DNA of 27,218 bases from Planctomycetota bacterium (GTDB lineage: Bacteria > JAJVIF01 > JAPKYR01): positions 1 to 27,218 of the forward strand of contig DAOVJF010000001.1 of the NCBI GenBank assembly GCA_030673355.1, given 5' to 3'. Positions within the stretch are counted from its first letter, which is position 1; the number at the start of each line of letters is the position of its first letter. A program made the position numbers and the translations under genes. The notes beneath the pieces were generated by a model, which made no database searches, was not told the DNA's origin, and worked only from the letters and a program-made list of their open reading frames with translations. This document shows, one piece after another, positions 18,008-26,719 of the stretch.

Positions 18008-19563
18008 GGATGACAGAGAGCTTTCTGAAGTTAAAAATAATCCGGATGGGTATCATAAAAATAAATACTTTCCTTATCCTGCTTGCGCTGGTATCCGGCC
18101 TTGCGATAACCGGCTGTGAATCCGAAAGTGAAATTGAATTCCCGCATAATCTAACTGTATCCATCGACGGCAGGGAAGGCCTCTGCATACCTACGGAAAT
18201 TGACGTGGGACCGGGCGGAGGCGTTATAATTTCCGGGTTTTTCGGCGGTTATCCCGGGACCGATCCAAGTCCGGGGACTGAAGTGTGGATTGAGAATTCC
18301 ACGTACGCAAGCCCGTTTGTAAATAAATACGATCGGCAGGGGAATCATAGATGGTCCCAATTCGCACTGGACGAAACAACCGAGTCGAACTGGCACAGCA
18401 TCGATGTCGATAGCAACGGGAACCTTTATGTGGTTGGAAGCGAATTGAATCTTGAATTCATCGGACCCTCCCAAATTAATGGAACCGATCCAAGCCTCGG
18501 TATTGCAAGGCAGGCAATCCTGATTAAATACCATCCCGCGGGTAATGCCATTTTCAGACTCGGATGGGGACTTCGCGCTTACGGCTCGGGCGATTGTGCG
18601 GGCAACGATGTCCTGGTCGACAGGTCGGGCAATATTTATGTCACCGGCACTTACTATGGCAGGGCGGACTTCAATCCCAGGCAGGGAAGGCGTTTCAAGG
18701 ACCCCCCGTCAAGAGGCCGCAATTGCTACCTCAGCAAACTTAACGGCAGCGGGCAGTTGCTATGGACCAGGACATGGGGCGGAATTTCCGATACCGATGC
18801 AGCCGTCGCTGTAGAAATTGATTTGGCAGGGAAGGTGTACGTGGTCGGTTACGCGGAAGAATTCGATAGCGGTTTGATAACCGATTCAGGCCGGGAGATT
18901 CTGCAGTCACAGGATATATGCGGTCCGGGCTCCTGGTTGATTCAGTTCACCAAACAGGGCAACTTTAACTGGGCACAAGTCTGGGGGGGACCCGGGGAGG
19001 AGGACAAAGTCAAACCGATTTCGCTTGCGGTATCGGAATTCGGCCAGATCCATGTCCTTGGGTGTTTCCAGGGAACTATGGAACTCCCTTCGCTTAGTGA
19101 TGGCAATGAATTCGAATCCGGAAGCGAATGGGACGACTATCTTCTCGCGTTCGATACCATGGGGACGAAACTGTGGGTAAGGACGTGGAGCAGGGACAAT
19201 TTTATCGATGGCTGGGGAATGACCCTGGACAGCCGTGGAAATGTGTACTGCCTGGGAAATTATAACGGCTCGGTTGATTTCGGCACGGCAGACGACGAGA
19301 AGCTGATTTCATCCGATAACGAAATCCACGGCTATCTCTGCAAGTTTAACCGGCAAGGTGATTTCGAGTGGGTTCGGGACTGGTCGAATCCGATCTATGC
19401 AATCACCGCCACACCGGATGATCTCGCGTTCATTACTGGAAGATGCAGGGCTCCCCTTCGAACCGGCGATGATGATGTGATCAACCCGACACAGTCTGTG
19501 GGTTTATCGGAAGCCTTCATAATACCGGTAATGCTGGAGGATTCGGAAGAGCGGGATGACTGA
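18004..19563 (+). CDS. Stand-alone SBBP-type beta-propeller lipoprotein (lacks the shared module)
   Basis: 519 aa; AITG-C lipobox; blades such as VDRSGNIYVTG...DFNP...YLSKLNGSGQLLWTRTWGG. GTG start overlaps the previous TGA; alternative ATG at 18046. Confidence 0.85.
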   Translation: MRMTESFLKLKIIRMGIIKINTFLILLALVSGLAITGCESESEIEFPHNLTVSIDGREGLCIPTEIDVGPGGGVIISGFFGGYPGTDPSPGTEVWIENSTYASPFVNKYDRQGNHRWSQFALDETTESNWHSIDVDSNGNLYVVGSELNLEFIGPSQINGTDPSLGIARQAILIKYHPAGNAIFRLGWGLRAYGSGDCAGNDVLVDRSGNIYVTGTYYGRADFNPRQGRRFKDPPSRGRNCYLSKLNGSGQLLWTRTWGGISDTDAAVAVEIDLAGKVYVVGYAEEFDSGLITDSGREILQSQDICGPGSWLIQFTKQGNFNWAQVWGGPGEEDKVKPISLAVSEFGQIHVLGCFQGTMELPSLSDGNEFESGSEWDDYLLAFDTMGTKLWVRTWSRDNFIDGWGMTLDSRGNVYCLGNYNGSVDFGTADDEKLISSDNEIHGYLCKFNRQGDFEWVRDWSNPIYAITATPDDLAFITGRCRAPLRTGDDDVINPTQSVGLSEAFIIPVMLEDSEERDD

Positions 19564-19614
19564 ATACGCAATCCAGGGAACTGAATTATAGGACCCATTA
19601 AAACTAAAAATTAC

Positions 19615-19641
19615 GGCGCCGGTCGGGTCTCGACCGGCGCC
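19615..19641. terminator. GC-rich hairpin between convergent genes, likely bidirectional terminator
   Basis: GGCGCCGGTCG/CGACCGGCGCC 11-bp perfect stem, 5-nt loop, A-rich run before and TTTGTT after. Confidence 0.7.
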
Positions 19642-19727
19642 TTTGTTCTATGTCTAAGAACTCCTGGCTCAAAATTAATCTAAGAAATACACATCAGAGT
19701 CAGTTCGTTATATGAATAACCGGGTTC

Positions 19728-21782
19728 TCAGTATTCAAATACAGTTGCAATCGAAACGAATGACGAATCATAGCTGGTTACATGAATTTCCCAGTCACCA
19801 TCATCGGTGTCGAGAAACTTAACTTCATGCCCTGGAAGTGCGGGTTCACCGGCAATCGGATCGCCGATTGATTCAAGGAAGGCACCGGTTTCGGCATTAT
19901 AAAGAAGCACTTCACCGTTGATACTGCTGTCCCAGCCAATGTATGAGATCAGTACTGCAAGAGTCGGTGCGCCCGGATTGAGTTCGTAATCGTTGTTAGC
20001 AGGAAGAATCTCAATGTCGCGAGCTGAAACCTCCAGGTCATAATTATGGAACTGATCAATCGTGATGGTCATGACGTACGATACCATATCGTATCCAAGT
20101 CCGGCATCCGTATCCAGGACCCGGTAAACCTCGACCTGGTCCATCCAGCCGTCCGTCTCCAGAATATAGACCGTCGCGGTATCCAGAAGCCCCAGCTTAT
20201 CGTGCTCGAACTGGCCTTCGATAACATCGATTCCGAGGATTTTGGCGTTATTCACTTTACCTGATCCAAAGCCGACAAATGCATCGAGATTTCCACGGAA
20301 TTTAAGTTTATCCCATGTGTATGTACCGGGCATGGTGCCCATCAGCACAAGGTCGTTAACCTCATAGGATACGTCGGAAGTGAAAACTGCGTACTGGCCA
20401 AGCTCGAAGTCGTCGCAGACGTCGATCGGATGCGGCGTTGCATCGATCATTTGATCGTCGTAGTAACGGCTGTCCATCGGCATCGGGCCGGTGTACATCT
20501 TCGGAGTATTGTCGAGAACGGTCCAGATTTCAGCATAAGGGATGCTCGTGGTAGCTGTCGTGAACCAGTCCGACCAGTTGGAATTGGTGAAACTGAACGC
20601 GCCATCATCGGCGGCATCGATCCTGTCGATCGGGTATGCCAGGTACTCTGCATCCGGACCGGCAAGTGAATTTACCGTGGGTACGTAGTAGTTCCATGCG
20701 GTGTAGTAAGGCTCGTACTTGATAACGGCATCGCAGTTAAAGAGGTGATTTGAAGCCATTACAATGTGGCTGTCCCTTGGTCCGCCGGGATCGGCGATAA
20801 CACCAAGGTCGAGGCTGCATCCATCGTGAGTGAGCGGATAATCGGTTCCGTGCCATGTGCCGGGCGTGGCAGTGTCGGCAATCACTTCGATGTCAACGAA
20901 GTCATAAAGATTGTCATTGGTTGCAAAGGAGTCTGAGATTATAAGGCATTTATAAATCCCGACAGGTGCTCCCATTGAATTGACAACGTTCGCTGTATAG
21001 TTATCCAGGCCGGCTGGTGAAAGTGAAGTCATACCGCCGGTGATCGGGGTCGTGTCGACTGATACGGCGACGATGTTGTTCTGGTGATCCAGGGATGTAA
21101 CGGTGATTACGGCCGGGGTCGATGAGTTGATGGGATTAGAAACAGTCTGGTTTCTAATTTCATATGGGTCTTCACAGTTACTGGGGTATGAACACTCAAT
21201 CAGAAGTGATGCAGGTGGAAACGGACCGGGCACAGGGGCCTGGAACCTGAGTTCCTCGGTTAAAGTGATTCCGCCGCCCCATGTTCGGGCAGGAACGGAT
21301 GTGCCATAAGCGACAAACGGATTTACGACGCCGGGGCCGTATGGGTTGAACAGTTTCGTGTAATCATCAAGATTTAACATTTCCCATCCGCTGCCGGGAG
21401 GGGTGAGGAGGAGGGCCCGAAGATCGTAGATGTCATAAACCGTGGGGTTTTTCATCGACAGATCGAATATGAGCAATCCTGTTAGCGGATCCCAGGATGT
21501 AATAGAAAATATCGAATGGGGTCCGACGGCTACGGTGATGTTGTAATGCGTATCCGCACTACGATTTTCTACAAAGTCAACGGTCCCGGTTACAGGGTCT
21601 ATTACCAGATCGAAAGCGGCAATGACCTGTGAACCCTCAATTAATTCTGCACCATGAGTGATCGGCTCAGAATTATCAATTGATGGTATTGCGGGATTGG
21701 ATTCGGGGCTGCCGCATCCAAATGCGGTAAACAGCACGATTAATGAAATTAACGCTAAGAGGGGGGTTTTTTTGTTAGACAT
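19728..21782 (-). CDS. Lipoprotein: shared N-terminal module (Cys-pair-less variant) plus unassigned C-terminal domain of about 375 aa
   Basis: Within ORF 19728..21848; start moved to ATG 21782 (GGAGA 6 nt upstream, then MSNKKTPLL...TAFG-C). Motifs ENRSADTHYNI, YDLRA, VNPFVAY, CEDPYEI. Confidence 0.85.
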   Translation of the reverse strand: MSNKKTPLLALISLIVLFTAFGCGSPESNPAIPSIDNSEPITHGAELIEGSQVIAAFDLVIDPVTGTVDFVENRSADTHYNITVAVGPHSIFSITSWDPLTGLLIFDLSMKNPTVYDIYDLRALLLTPPGSGWEMLNLDDYTKLFNPYGPGVVNPFVAYGTSVPARTWGGGITLTEELRFQAPVPGPFPPASLLIECSYPSNCEDPYEIRNQTVSNPINSSTPAVITVTSLDHQNNIVAVSVDTTPITGGMTSLSPAGLDNYTANVVNSMGAPVGIYKCLIISDSFATNDNLYDFVDIEVIADTATPGTWHGTDYPLTHDGCSLDLGVIADPGGPRDSHIVMASNHLFNCDAVIKYEPYYTAWNYYVPTVNSLAGPDAEYLAYPIDRIDAADDGAFSFTNSNWSDWFTTATTSIPYAEIWTVLDNTPKMYTGPMPMDSRYYDDQMIDATPHPIDVCDDFELGQYAVFTSDVSYEVNDLVLMGTMPGTYTWDKLKFRGNLDAFVGFGSGKVNNAKILGIDVIEGQFEHDKLGLLDTATVYILETDGWMDQVEVYRVLDTDAGLGYDMVSYVMTITIDQFHNYDLEVSARDIEILPANNDYELNPGAPTLAVLISYIGWDSSINGEVLLYNAETGAFLESIGDPIAGEPALPGHEVKFLDTDDGDWEIHVTSYDSSFVSIATVFEY

Positions 21783-21886
21783 GGCGATTCTCCAGTTTTT
21801 CCAGTGTAGGATTTTGTACTGCCTCATGTAATGCAACCCCTGTGCCAATCAGGCCCCTCACCTGCTCCAAAGCCTGTAATCAAGCA

Positions 21887-21916
21887 TTGATAAAGGGATA
21901 GAGGAATGTTTATAAT
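21887..21916 (+). promoter_or_regulatory. Sigma70-type promoter candidate for dodecin(-proS)
   Basis: TTGATA-N18-TATAAT. Confidence 0.45.
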
Positions 21917-21938
21917 TTCAGAAGTTTATCTTTGAATT

Positions 21939-21966
21939 AATATACTCTCCCACAAACCTCTTACAA
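21939..21966 (-). promoter_or_regulatory. Sigma70-type promoter candidate for the 19728..21782 gene
   Basis: TTGTAA-N16-TATATT on the minus strand; its transcript would overlap that of the + strand candidate at 21887. Confidence 0.35.
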
Positions 21967-22099
21967 TGAGAGGAATTTACATTGATTTGATCCTGGAAAT
22001 CAGGCGGGAATATGAGGATATATCAATTTGACCGATCCGGTTTTAGCTGTTAATGTCATTCCTGACCCGGAGGATAATATCTATGAAGGAAGGTAATAA

Positions 22100-22309
22100 A
22101 TGGCTACATTAAAGATCATTGAACTCATGGGCTCGTCCCCGAACAGTTGGCAGGAAGCGGCTGGTAATGCGCTCACGGAAGCTACAAAAACTGTGAAGAA
22201 CATCACCGGTCTCGAACTCCTGAACACGAATGCCAAGGTCAAGGACGGCAAAATCACCGAGTACCGTGCACAGGTCAAAATCGCGTTTGTTGTCGATGAA
22301 AATGAATAG
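22100..22309 (+). CDS. Dodecin family flavin-binding protein
   Basis: 69 aa; KIIELMGSSPNSWQEAAGNA...A.KT...I...E...V.DGKITEYRA.VKIAF is the dodecin pattern. Confidence 0.92.
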   Translation: MATLKIIELMGSSPNSWQEAAGNALTEATKTVKNITGLELLNTNAKVKDGKITEYRAQVKIAFVVDENE

Positions 22310-22316
22310 AGAATTC

Positions 22317-22585
22317 GCCGACGATTCCAGATATTCAGCATTATTTTGCGTGGCGTGATAATTAGCATTATTTTGCGTGGCGTGATAATTAGCATTATTT
22401 TGCGTGGCGTCGTCAAGCTGAGTGAGACATGAGGATGGTCCAGGTTTAGATACTGTCCGGGTCGAGCGTGCTTGCCGACGATTCCAGGTATTCAGCATTA
22501 TTTTGGGTGGCGTCGTCAAGCTGAGTGAGACATGAGGATGGTCCAGGTTTAGAAATTGTCCGGGTCGAACGTGCTTGCCGACGAT
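22317..22585. repeat. Nested non-coding tandem repeat: 103-bp unit x2 plus a 9-bp start of a third; unit 1 carries two extra 27-bp copies
   Basis: GCCGACGAT starts at 22317, 22474 and 22577 (spacing 157 = 103 + 2x27, then 103). The 27-mer AGCATTATTTTGCGTGGCGTGATAATT is at 22337 and 22364, partial at 22391. Five substitutions separate the units. Confidence 0.92.
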
Positions 22586-22618
22586 GCAAGTAACTGCACG
22601 TTTTATGGAGGATATTCA

Positions 22619-24358
22619 ATGCGTCTGAGCCGCTATCTCGTACCCACGTTAAAGGAAATCCCCGCCGAGGCGGAATCGCTTTCGCACCGCCTCATGCTTC
22701 GCGCGGGACTGATCCGGCAGCTCACCGCCGGGGCGTATTCCTACCTCCCGTTGGGTTGGCGGGTACTCAGAAAAATCGAGCAGATCGTCCGCGAGGAAAT
22801 GGACTCGATCGGGTCGCAGGAATTGTATCTCCCCGCCCTGCAGCCACTCGATATCTGGAACGAAACCGGCCGCGCCGACGTGATGGATGAGATCATGTTC
22901 AAGTTTCAGGATCACAAGGGACGCTGGATGTGTCTCGGTCCGACACACGAGGAAGTGATCACCGAGCTTGCGCGCGCGTATGTGCACTCATATAAGGACC
23001 TCCCGCAGCAGTGGTACCAGATCCAGATAAAATTCCGCGATGAGGTCCGTCCACGGGGCGGCTTGATCCGTACGCGGCAGTTCACGATGAAGGACGCGTA
23101 TTCACTTTCTACAAGCCAGGAAGACCTCGATGACTGGTACATGAAAAACCGGCAGGCGTATTCGAACATATTTACACGATCCGGACTACGTTACTTTATA
23201 GTAGGGGCGCATTCGGGTCCGATGGGCGGTTCGGGATCGGAGGAATTCATGATTCCTTCGGATTCCGGTGAAGACATGATAATTATCTGTGATGACTGCG
23301 GATACCTCGCAAACCTTGAAATCGCCATGAGTAAAATCAATCACCGTGGTAAACTCGACATTCCCATGGAGGATGTTGAAACCCCGGAGAAGCGTACGAT
23401 CGAAGAGGTTGCGGGATTTCTCGGCGTGCCGGAATCCGAAACCATGAAGAGCGTCATTTATATGCTTCTTCCGGACGAGCAACCACTGCTTATATTGATC
23501 AGGGGAGACCTCGATGTTTCGGAAGCCAAGCTTGAGATGGCTTTAAAAGGACAGGAGTACCGCCCCGCGCATCCCGAGGAAATCAAGGAAATGAGCGGTG
23601 CGGAGCCGGGATTTATCGGACCTGTCGGGCTGAAAAGAGACGATATCCGGGTCATTATCGATGATTCCATACCTGACGGGGTTCCTTTCATCGGCGGTGC
23701 GAATAAAGATAATTTCCACACGAAAGGCGTCACCCGTGGACGGGATTTCGATGGTGAATCGTTCGACCTGAGGGTAGCTCGCGAGGGGGATCAGTGCTCG
23801 CATTGCGACAGTGCGTTAAGGCATGAGAAAGCGATTGAGGTGGGCCACATTTTCAAACTCGGCACGAAATACTCCGACAGCATGGGCGCGATGTACCTCG
23901 ATGAGAACAATATCGAGAAGCCAATCATCATGGGCTGCTACGGAATTGGAATCGAAAGGATCATGGCGGGCGCGATCGAAGTGAATTCGGATGAGAACGG
24001 CATTATCTGGCCGATGAGCATCGCTCCATATCAGGTGATCATCCTGCCGCTCGATAAACGTAACGAGGAAATCTGGGAGAAGGCGGAGGAAATTTACGGG
24101 AAGCTGTGGGACGCGGGGATTGAGACGTTGCTGGACGACCGTGACGCGTCGCCCGGATTCAAATTCAAGGACGCCGACCTGTTCGGAATCCCCATACAGA
24201 TCATCCTTGGAAAACGCGCGCTTAAAAGCGGCAACGCCGAGGTGAAAGTGCGAAAAACCGGAGAGCGCACGGATGTGTCGCTGCAATCGCTTCTGAGCGA
24301 TCCCGTTGGAAGTCTCCCATGGCTGAATGATCCAACACTAAGCGAACCGAAAGAATAA
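22619..24358 (+). CDS. proS: Proline--tRNA ligase, bacterial type with editing insertion domain
   Basis: Start ATG 22619 after GGAGG (MRLSRYLVPTLKE); GPTHEE, KFRDEVRPRGGLIRTRQFTMKDAYS, IEVGHIFKLGTKYS, MGCYGIG motifs; YbaK-like insert. Confidence 0.97.
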   Translation: MRLSRYLVPTLKEIPAEAESLSHRLMLRAGLIRQLTAGAYSYLPLGWRVLRKIEQIVREEMDSIGSQELYLPALQPLDIWNETGRADVMDEIMFKFQDHKGRWMCLGPTHEEVITELARAYVHSYKDLPQQWYQIQIKFRDEVRPRGGLIRTRQFTMKDAYSLSTSQEDLDDWYMKNRQAYSNIFTRSGLRYFIVGAHSGPMGGSGSEEFMIPSDSGEDMIIICDDCGYLANLEIAMSKINHRGKLDIPMEDVETPEKRTIEEVAGFLGVPESETMKSVIYMLLPDEQPLLILIRGDLDVSEAKLEMALKGQEYRPAHPEEIKEMSGAEPGFIGPVGLKRDDIRVIIDDSIPDGVPFIGGANKDNFHTKGVTRGRDFDGESFDLRVAREGDQCSHCDSALRHEKAIEVGHIFKLGTKYSDSMGAMYLDENNIEKPIIMGCYGIGIERIMAGAIEVNSDENGIIWPMSIAPYQVIILPLDKRNEEIWEKAEEIYGKLWDAGIETLLDDRDASPGFKFKDADLFGIPIQIILGKRALKSGNAEVKVRKTGERTDVSLQSLLSDPVGSLPWLNDPTLSEPKE

Positions 24359-24365
24359 CGGAATT

Positions 24366-24387
24366 AAAAAAAACGCACTGCCGTGCG
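24366..24387 (-). terminator. Intrinsic terminator for the fliA-like gene
   Basis: Minus strand CGCAC-GGCA-GTGCG followed by T8. Confidence 0.6.
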
Positions 24388-24417
24388 GTTCTACTGGAAA
24401 CTCATTTTTAATTTCAA

Positions 24418-25209
24418 TCACTTAACCGTTATCTGCATTTTCTGGCGGAGGTTGAATACTGCACGGGAGTGTATCTGGCACACCCTCGATTCGGAGATTC
24501 CCAGCACCGCTCCGATTTCTTTCAGAGTAAGTTCTTCGTTGTAATAAAGGGCAATTATCCGGCTTTCTTTTTCAGGAAGCTCTTCAATCGCCATCGCCAT
24601 GAATTCCAGAAGATTCTGCTTTTCAGCCTCATCGTATGGGTCGGGTATCTTAAGCGCGAGGTTCTCGCCGACGGTCGAGCCTGACCCGTCCTCGTCCTCG
24701 TAGAGCTCTTTCTCAAGGGATAAAATAAATGAATTGCTGCTTTTCCAGAGGTTATCGGAGATCTCTTCAACCGTGGAACCCATTACCTCGGCAAGATCGG
24801 CGACCGATGGGGTACGTCCGACCCGTTTCTGGAAATCTTCGGATGCCCTCTCAATTTCGGCTGCCCGTTTTCTCAATGGACGGGAGAGAAGGTCCTGCTT
24901 GCGGAGGTAGTCGATTACCGCGCCCCGGACACGGATCGAAGCATAGGTTTCGAATTTAACATTTTTAGAGGGGTCGAAATTATCGAGTGCATTGAGAAGC
25001 CCGATGATTCCCTGGTGTTCGAGGTCTTCACGGTCGATATGCGGTGGAAGGTTGATCGCGATCCGGCCGTAGATGTAACTGACGAGGTAGAGATAAGAAA
25101 TCGATAGCTCTTCACGAGCCTCGAGATTTCCATCCTTGAGGAACTTTTTCCATAAACGCTCCAGCTTTAAGGCTCGAGCGAGGTTTCGTACGTCAGTTTC
25201 AAGTGGCAT
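24418..25209 (-). CDS. fliA: FliA/WhiG family (sigma28) RNA polymerase sigma factor
   Basis: 263 aa; DLEHQGIIGLLNA, FDPSKNVKFETYASIRVRGAVIDYLR, LYYNEELTLKEIGAVLGISESRVCQIH. Confidence 0.9.
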   Translation of the reverse strand: MPLETDVRNLARALKLERLWKKFLKDGNLEAREELSISYLYLVSYIYGRIAINLPPHIDREDLEHQGIIGLLNALDNFDPSKNVKFETYASIRVRGAVIDYLRKQDLLSRPLRKRAAEIERASEDFQKRVGRTPSVADLAEVMGSTVEEISDNLWKSSNSFILSLEKELYEDEDGSGSTVGENLALKIPDPYDEAEKQNLLEFMAMAIEELPEKESRIIALYYNEELTLKEIGAVLGISESRVCQIHSRAVFNLRQKMQITVK

Positions 25210-25281
25210 GATTAACCGGATTATTGATTAAACCGAGTCAAATCACATTAACGGGTTTGGTAATAAAAATCAATCATAATC

Positions 25282-26373
25282 TTAAAACACCACCGTAAGC
25301 AGGAGAATTATGCCCACAATCACGACCAAACCAATCAGGATTGGAAAGATACCCAGGATATCCGGAACTGCCTTTTCAGGCAGAGAGGTTTCACTTCTGA
25401 CGGTCCTTTTTGTCCTGACAAGAATATCATTAAATGAGAGCACGTTAATATAAATCCCCTTGGCAACCTTCAACCGGACCTTACGCCTGTCACCGGTCAG
25501 CGGTGCGATATCAACCACCATTGCCCGGATCGGGCGCCAAAACCCAAGTTTATAAGCACCGATCAGGCGACCGATCGTAACCGCCACATCACTTCGGTCA
25601 AGGATCTCGACATAAGCCTTTTCACCGACTTCAATCTCCTTCACAAGCGACCCTTCAACGGGATCGATTACGAACCGTCCTACCAGGTACACCTGCAATC
25701 CAGTACTGTCGGTTGATTCTCCCTTGCTGTCCTTCTTGTCGACCGATTCGATCTCCAGGCCAAACCTGCCGCTGTTGACCTGGAAGTCGCTCTCCGATAT
25801 GAATTCGTAACTGAGTTCCACATTGGCCCGGTCGACAATAATCTCTCCAATGATTGCCTCCAGCAGTTGAGTTAGGATTGGAGCAACCTGGTTGTAAGTG
25901 CCGTCTGATTCATTCTCTGAAATAATCTGGACCTCTGGCTCGTCCCATAAATCGAAAAGATACTGGAGGGCTGTACCATTCAATTTTTTTGAAATCCCGG
26001 TCCTTAGTTTCTGTGAATCATAAACTTTAAAACCGGCAGAATGTTCATTGAAGTATTGTCTGATTTCATCAAAAAAGTCTACGGATGGCAGGCTGAGTGG
26101 AATGCTCGAGATAAATTCCAGGTCTGTCTCAAAAATCACCCGAAAAAGGATGAAATCACTTCTGCCCTTTTCGGTCAGGATAAAAATAAGCCCCGCGTTA
26201 GTTCTCCTGCCTGAGATGAACCTGGCCTTGATTGCCAGGTACCGGGGCATTAATTCAAGGATTATTTTACGTGCTCCATCGATCTCGCCATTCGCTTCAT
26301 CCACTGCCAGGCGAACGATATCCTCTTTCACGTTAAATTCCTTAACCAGTGATGTAACAATTCCTTCTTCCAT
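25282..26373 (-). CDS. Hypothetical protein with C-terminal membrane anchor; possible DUF4899-like domain
   Basis: 363 aa; short helical N-terminus, VIDPVEG..V.E...GEK.YV.I segment recalled from DUF4899-type proteins (unverified), hydrophobic C-terminal helix. Confidence 0.7.
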   Translation of the reverse strand: MEEGIVTSLVKEFNVKEDIVRLAVDEANGEIDGARKIILELMPRYLAIKARFISGRRTNAGLIFILTEKGRSDFILFRVIFETDLEFISSIPLSLPSVDFFDEIRQYFNEHSAGFKVYDSQKLRTGISKKLNGTALQYLFDLWDEPEVQIISENESDGTYNQVAPILTQLLEAIIGEIIVDRANVELSYEFISESDFQVNSGRFGLEIESVDKKDSKGESTDSTGLQVYLVGRFVIDPVEGSLVKEIEVGEKAYVEILDRSDVAVTIGRLIGAYKLGFWRPIRAMVVDIAPLTGDRRKVRLKVAKGIYINVLSFNDILVRTKRTVRSETSLPEKAVPDILGIFPILIGLVVIVGIILLLTVVF

Positions 26374-26389
26374 GACTAACTACTCCAAA

Positions 26390-26719
26390 TTACCCGGTCG
26401 ATTCCACAGCCTCTTCCAGCGGTGTTTCCTCTAACTCAGCCACAGCCTGTTCCATTGCCAGTTCTTCCATGATTTTCCGTTCCATCGCTTTTCGAGCAAG
26501 TTCACGCTGGGCAGCCTGGCGGACATATTTCTCAGTCAGGTTTCCAATCATCAGACCGCCACCTCCAAACACCAGACCACTGATCACTCCCATGACACAG
26601 GTCCACAGGAGATCGCTGTTCGAAAATACTCCAGCTAGGATAACCAGCATGAAAGAACTGGCTCCTGATATAATCCCAATTTTTCTTCCGATCTCAGTCA
26701 AATTCTTTGCATGCCCCAT
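26390..26719 (-). CDS. Small two-TM hypothetical membrane protein with acidic helical tail
   Basis: 109 aa; two hydrophobic stretches; stop codon overlaps the GGAG site of the next gene. Confidence 0.75.
   Translation of the reverse strand: MGHAKNLTEIGRKIGIISGASSFMLVILAGVFSNSDLLWTCVMGVISGLVFGGGGLMIGNLTEKYVRQAAQRELARKAMERKIMEELAMEQAVAELEETPLEEAVESTG

Noticed and set aside
22081-22519. Minus-strand ORFs with ATQNNANYH or ITPRKIMLI repeats
   Set aside because: By-products of the 27-bp repeat; they overlap dodecin antisense, and the 103-bp unit shifts frame.
22495-22525. T-box riboswitch upstream of proS (GGGTGGCGTC resembles GGGTGGNACC)
   Set aside because: ACC is replaced by GTC, UGGC would not pair with the A73 discriminator of bacterial tRNA-Pro, and no Stem I or terminator is evident. 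An Infernal RF00230 search would settle it.
22317-22585. CRISPR array
   Set aside because: The repeats are contiguous with no unique spacers, and there are no cas genes in the window.
25211-25255. Three ATTAA(A)C(C/G)G motifs upstream of fliA
   Set aside because: Short, AT-rich and irregularly spaced (16 and 20 nt); not distinguishable from background.
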